Below, piece after piece: positions 62,907 to 64,000 of a DNA stretch of 64,000 nt; position 1 is the first letter of the stretch, and every line of letters begins with the position of its first letter. The DNA is taken from the NCBI GenBank assembly GCA_028874175.1, contig JAPPLN010000010.1, forward strand, positions 6,827 to 70,826. Direction: 5' to 3'. The notes beneath the pieces are model-generated. The model was not told the origin of the DNA. It saw nothing but the letters and a program-made list of their open reading frames with translations, and ran no database searches. This stretch comes from Chloroflexota bacterium (GTDB lineage Bacteria; Chloroflexota; UBA11872). A program made the translations under genes and the position numbers.

Positions 62907-63281
62907 ATGCGCGTGATGGTCTTGGTCAAGGCAACCGCCGACAGCGAAGCCGGCGTCATGCCCTCCATGGAACTCATCCAGGCCATGGGCGCCTTCAACC
63001 AGCAGCTGATTGAGGCCGGCATCATGCGCGATGGCGACGGCCTGCGCCCCTCCTCCCAGGGCAAGCGCGTGGCCTTTGACGGCGATAGCCGCACAGTCAT
63101 CGACGGCCCCTTCGAAGCCACCAACGAGCTGGTCGCCGGCTTCTGGCTCTGGCAGGTCAACGACATGGACGAAGCCATCGAATGGGTCAAGCGCTGCCCC
63201 AACCCCATGCTCGTCCCCAGCGAGGTCGAAATCCGCCCCCTCTACGAACCTGCCGACTTCGCCGAAGCCTTGGCCCAGTAG
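62907..63281 (+). CDS. YciI-like (DGPF-domain) protein
   Basis: MRVMVLVKATADSEAG...DGPFEATNELVAGFWLWQVNDMDEAIEWVKRCP. Confidence 0.8.
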   Translation: MRVMVLVKATADSEAGVMPSMELIQAMGAFNQQLIEAGIMRDGDGLRPSSQGKRVAFDGDSRTVIDGPFEATNELVAGFWLWQVNDMDEAIEWVKRCPNPMLVPSEVEIRPLYEPADFAEALAQ

Positions 63282-63360
63282 CCCGCCGACCGGAAACAAC
63301 GCGTCCGCGACAAGGTGTCAGGCTGGCGACGCGTCGTCCGTCTTCATCGCCGCGTGCCGA

Positions 63361-63867
63361 TTAGTCGTCTCCCTCGTACACCGCGGCCTGCGCGCTTTCC
63401 AGCATTCGCCGAATCGTCCGCATCATGGCTTCCTGCTCACGCTTGGTAATGCCGGCCAGAAACTTCGCGTTATTGGCCTGGACTCGCTGGGCCAGCTCCG
63501 GCACCAGGCGATTCCCCGCGTCGGTCAGGGACAGTCGTACGAGGCGTCGGTCCCGCGTGCTTCGACTTCGATGAACCAGGCCCACCCGCACCAGCCTGTC
63601 GACGTGTCGGCTGATGGATGCGGAGTCGAGCGGGATCACGCGCGACAGGCTCGTCAGCGTGTCCGCCTCCCCTTCATGGCACGCATCGAGGATCGCCCAC
63701 TGGGCGGACGAGATATTGAAGGGGGCCAGCTCCCGGTCCAGCCCGATTCGCATCGCGGAGGCCAGACTGCCGACGAGATATCCAAGCTCCCGTTGGATGT
63801 CCGAGGGGCTGGATTTGGACCGCATGGCCCCGCATCTTGCCCGCGAGAGAATCGCTTGGCAGATCAA
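63361..63867 (-). CDS. MarR-family transcriptional regulator
   Basis: Winged-HTH LTSLSRVIPLDSASISRHVDRLVRVGLVHRSRSTRDRRLVRLSLTDAGN. Confidence 0.85.
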   Translation of the reverse strand: MICQAILSRARCGAMRSKSSPSDIQRELGYLVGSLASAMRIGLDRELAPFNISSAQWAILDACHEGEADTLTSLSRVIPLDSASISRHVDRLVRVGLVHRSRSTRDRRLVRLSLTDAGNRLVPELAQRVQANNAKFLAGITKREQEAMMRTIRRMLESAQAAVYEGDD

Positions 63868-63965
63868 TCATTGCAGCCGAGATTTTCAACTCCCGACCCA
63901 TTCGCTCCACCGCGCTGCACCGCGCCCCGCCCCTAAAGCCGCGCCCATCCACACCACAACTTCCC

Positions 63966-63995
63966 AACAAATCTGTTGCCAACAGTCCTGTTGGA
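63966..63995. promoter_or_regulatory. Cluster of CAACA/TGTTG inverted repeats (operator candidate)
   Basis: CAACA-aatc-TGTTG-cc-AACAG-tcc-TGTTG, about 100 nt upstream of the marR start. Confidence 0.3.
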
Positions 63996-64000
63996 ACCAC

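Overview
High-GC bacterial chromosomal segment, densely coded on both strands and mostly housekeeping. It carries rpmI-rplT, pheST, recA, prs, ggt, smpB plus tmRNA, murD, panB, rpsP-KH-rimM-trmD, rplS-rnhB-yraN, lspA and two tRNAs (Arg-CCG, Ala-GGC), plus redox, sugar and hydrolase genes. I recognised no rRNA, CRISPR array, transposase or integrase. Gene content (lipoprotein-type signal peptides, VanW, DUF3179, scattered mur/nuo genes) hints at a Chloroflexota/Thermomicrobia-like or actinobacterial lineage; this is inference only. Most noteworthy observations: (1) An AhpC/TSA-type redoxin gene (11843..12301) has an in-frame TGA in place of its redox-motif cysteine codon. A 17-nt GC hairpin follows at the canonical bacterial SECIS distance, so this is a candidate selenoprotein that ORF callers split. 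(2) A VapBC module is followed by a 1173-aa Cas4-like nuclease / DEDD-like exonuclease / Upf1-like helicase fusion. That fusion is translationally coupled (GTGA overlap) to a polytopic membrane protein of no recognisable family, a candidate uncharacterised nucleic-acid surveillance or defence pair. (3) A chain of overlap-coupled genes lies directly downstream of ssrA. It includes a fused double Nudix, a cytochrome c with two copies of an unrecognised Cys/His-rich module, a PfkB kinase and two recently duplicated PhyH dioxygenases. (4) There is an orphan GroEL paralogue with no GroES and no GGM tail. (5) An AT-richer islet with promoter-like and terminator-like signals sits between murD and panB. 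All functional calls rest on motif recognition by eye; no database search or folding program was available.
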